Shown here: one piece after another, positions 63,300 through 64,000 of the stretch
Numbering within the stretch: position 1 is the first letter of the stretch
Layout of the letters: every line of letters starts with the position of its first letter
NCBI GenBank assembly: GCA_025558095.1
Contig: JAIVFI010000002.1
Span: 434,001-498,000, forward strand
Direction of reading: 5' to 3'
DNA length: 64,000 nt
From: Hyaloraphidium curvatum SAG 235-1
Lineage: Eukaryota > Fungi > Monoblepharomycota
Made by a program: the position numbers and the translations under genes
Notes under the pieces: generated by a model
The model's input: the letters and a program-made list of their open reading frames with translations, nothing else
Databases searched by the model: none
Told to the model about the DNA's origin: nothing

Positions 63300-64000
63300 T
63301 CACTTCCGTTCGAAGGTGCGGCCCCTGCCAAGACCAATGTAAATGCCACTCAGTTCCGAGCATTGTAAGGACTCACGAAGCGGTTTTGAGTTGCCGTTCC
63401 TTTGCTTCCGGTTTGGCACGGTTGAGCACCTTCAACATCTCCGCAACTCGAGTCCTCATACGCGAGTGCATGTAAGCTTTCGAGCACTTGATGTGGTAGT
63501 GGAGGTAGTTGCGGAAGAGCTGGATCTTGGAGATGCAGTCCGCCGCACTCGCAGGCGGTGTAAAGTGGCGGGGAAACAGGACTGCGGTAGGACAGAGGAG
63601 ATGAACCTTCTCTAGAGGAAGGAGGGAGGTAGTTCGTGGCACTCACCGAAAGTAACGTATCCGATGTTCTCGGAATCCTTAAGCCCTGGCTGCCCGCGGA
63701 GCTCCAACGGCGGTTCTCGGGAGCTGTAAAGCACCTGCGGTGAGTTCTGCGTTTGCGGCTGTCTCCTTGCGTCGACAAATTCCTGGCTCGACGCGTCAGC
63801 GCGTCTTAACGGAGGCGGGATTGCGACACACACCTGGAGAAAGACTTTGCCAAAGATCCTGTCCTCCTCCTCCTTGAACTCGGTGGAAAAGACGACCGTG
63901 ACGCGATCCGCCATCCCCTTGATATAGATCGCCTCACTCTCCCTGTACCGCACCACCATCATCGGAGAATCCGATCCCTCCTTCTGCGCCTCGAAGGCTT
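63300..64000 (-). CDS. ARC35: Arp2/3 complex subunit 2 (p34), 3' part, multi-exon
   Basis: [61 protein letters not shown]. Confidence 0.95.

Overview
Gene-dense, GC-rich eukaryotic DNA with short (about 45-70 nt) spliceosomal introns. The gene content points to a fungus (ERMES subunits MDM34/MMM1, CSF1, RIB7, URA5, THR1), probably an early-diverging chytrid-like lineage; the taxon is inferred, not determined. Most of the window is housekeeping genes: RPC11, alpha-tubulin, RIB7, CPSF100, a CTK1-like kinase, URA5, MDM34, cyclin H, RPL1, MMM1, G6PD, CSF1, GAR1, REV7, MRI1, NADPH-P450 reductase, ARF1, THR1 and ARPC2. The standout is a 6.9-kb element (27871-34772) inserted at a TA inside the palindrome CCTTAAGG, between MMM1 and G6PD, and bounded by imperfect 24-bp terminal inverted repeats. 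It has no visible transposase. It encodes an apparently intact Fanzor1-type (TnpB-derived, RNA-guided) nuclease followed by a strongly base-paired omegaRNA-like right end. Four phase-compatible introns would join the nuclease to an upstream multi-hydrophobic ORF, predicting a 1633-aa membrane-domain-Fanzor fusion. That fusion is a splicing inference and needs RNA evidence. Other oddities: a degenerate or domesticated IS630/Tc1-like transposase with a long spliced C-terminal extension running off the window start; an intronless GT61-like gene between direct duplications of the alpha-tubulin 3' end; a second island of intronless glyco-enzyme genes; and a possible alternative-donor switch for the G6PD peroxisomal signal. 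All family assignments come from motif recognition by eye; no searches were run.
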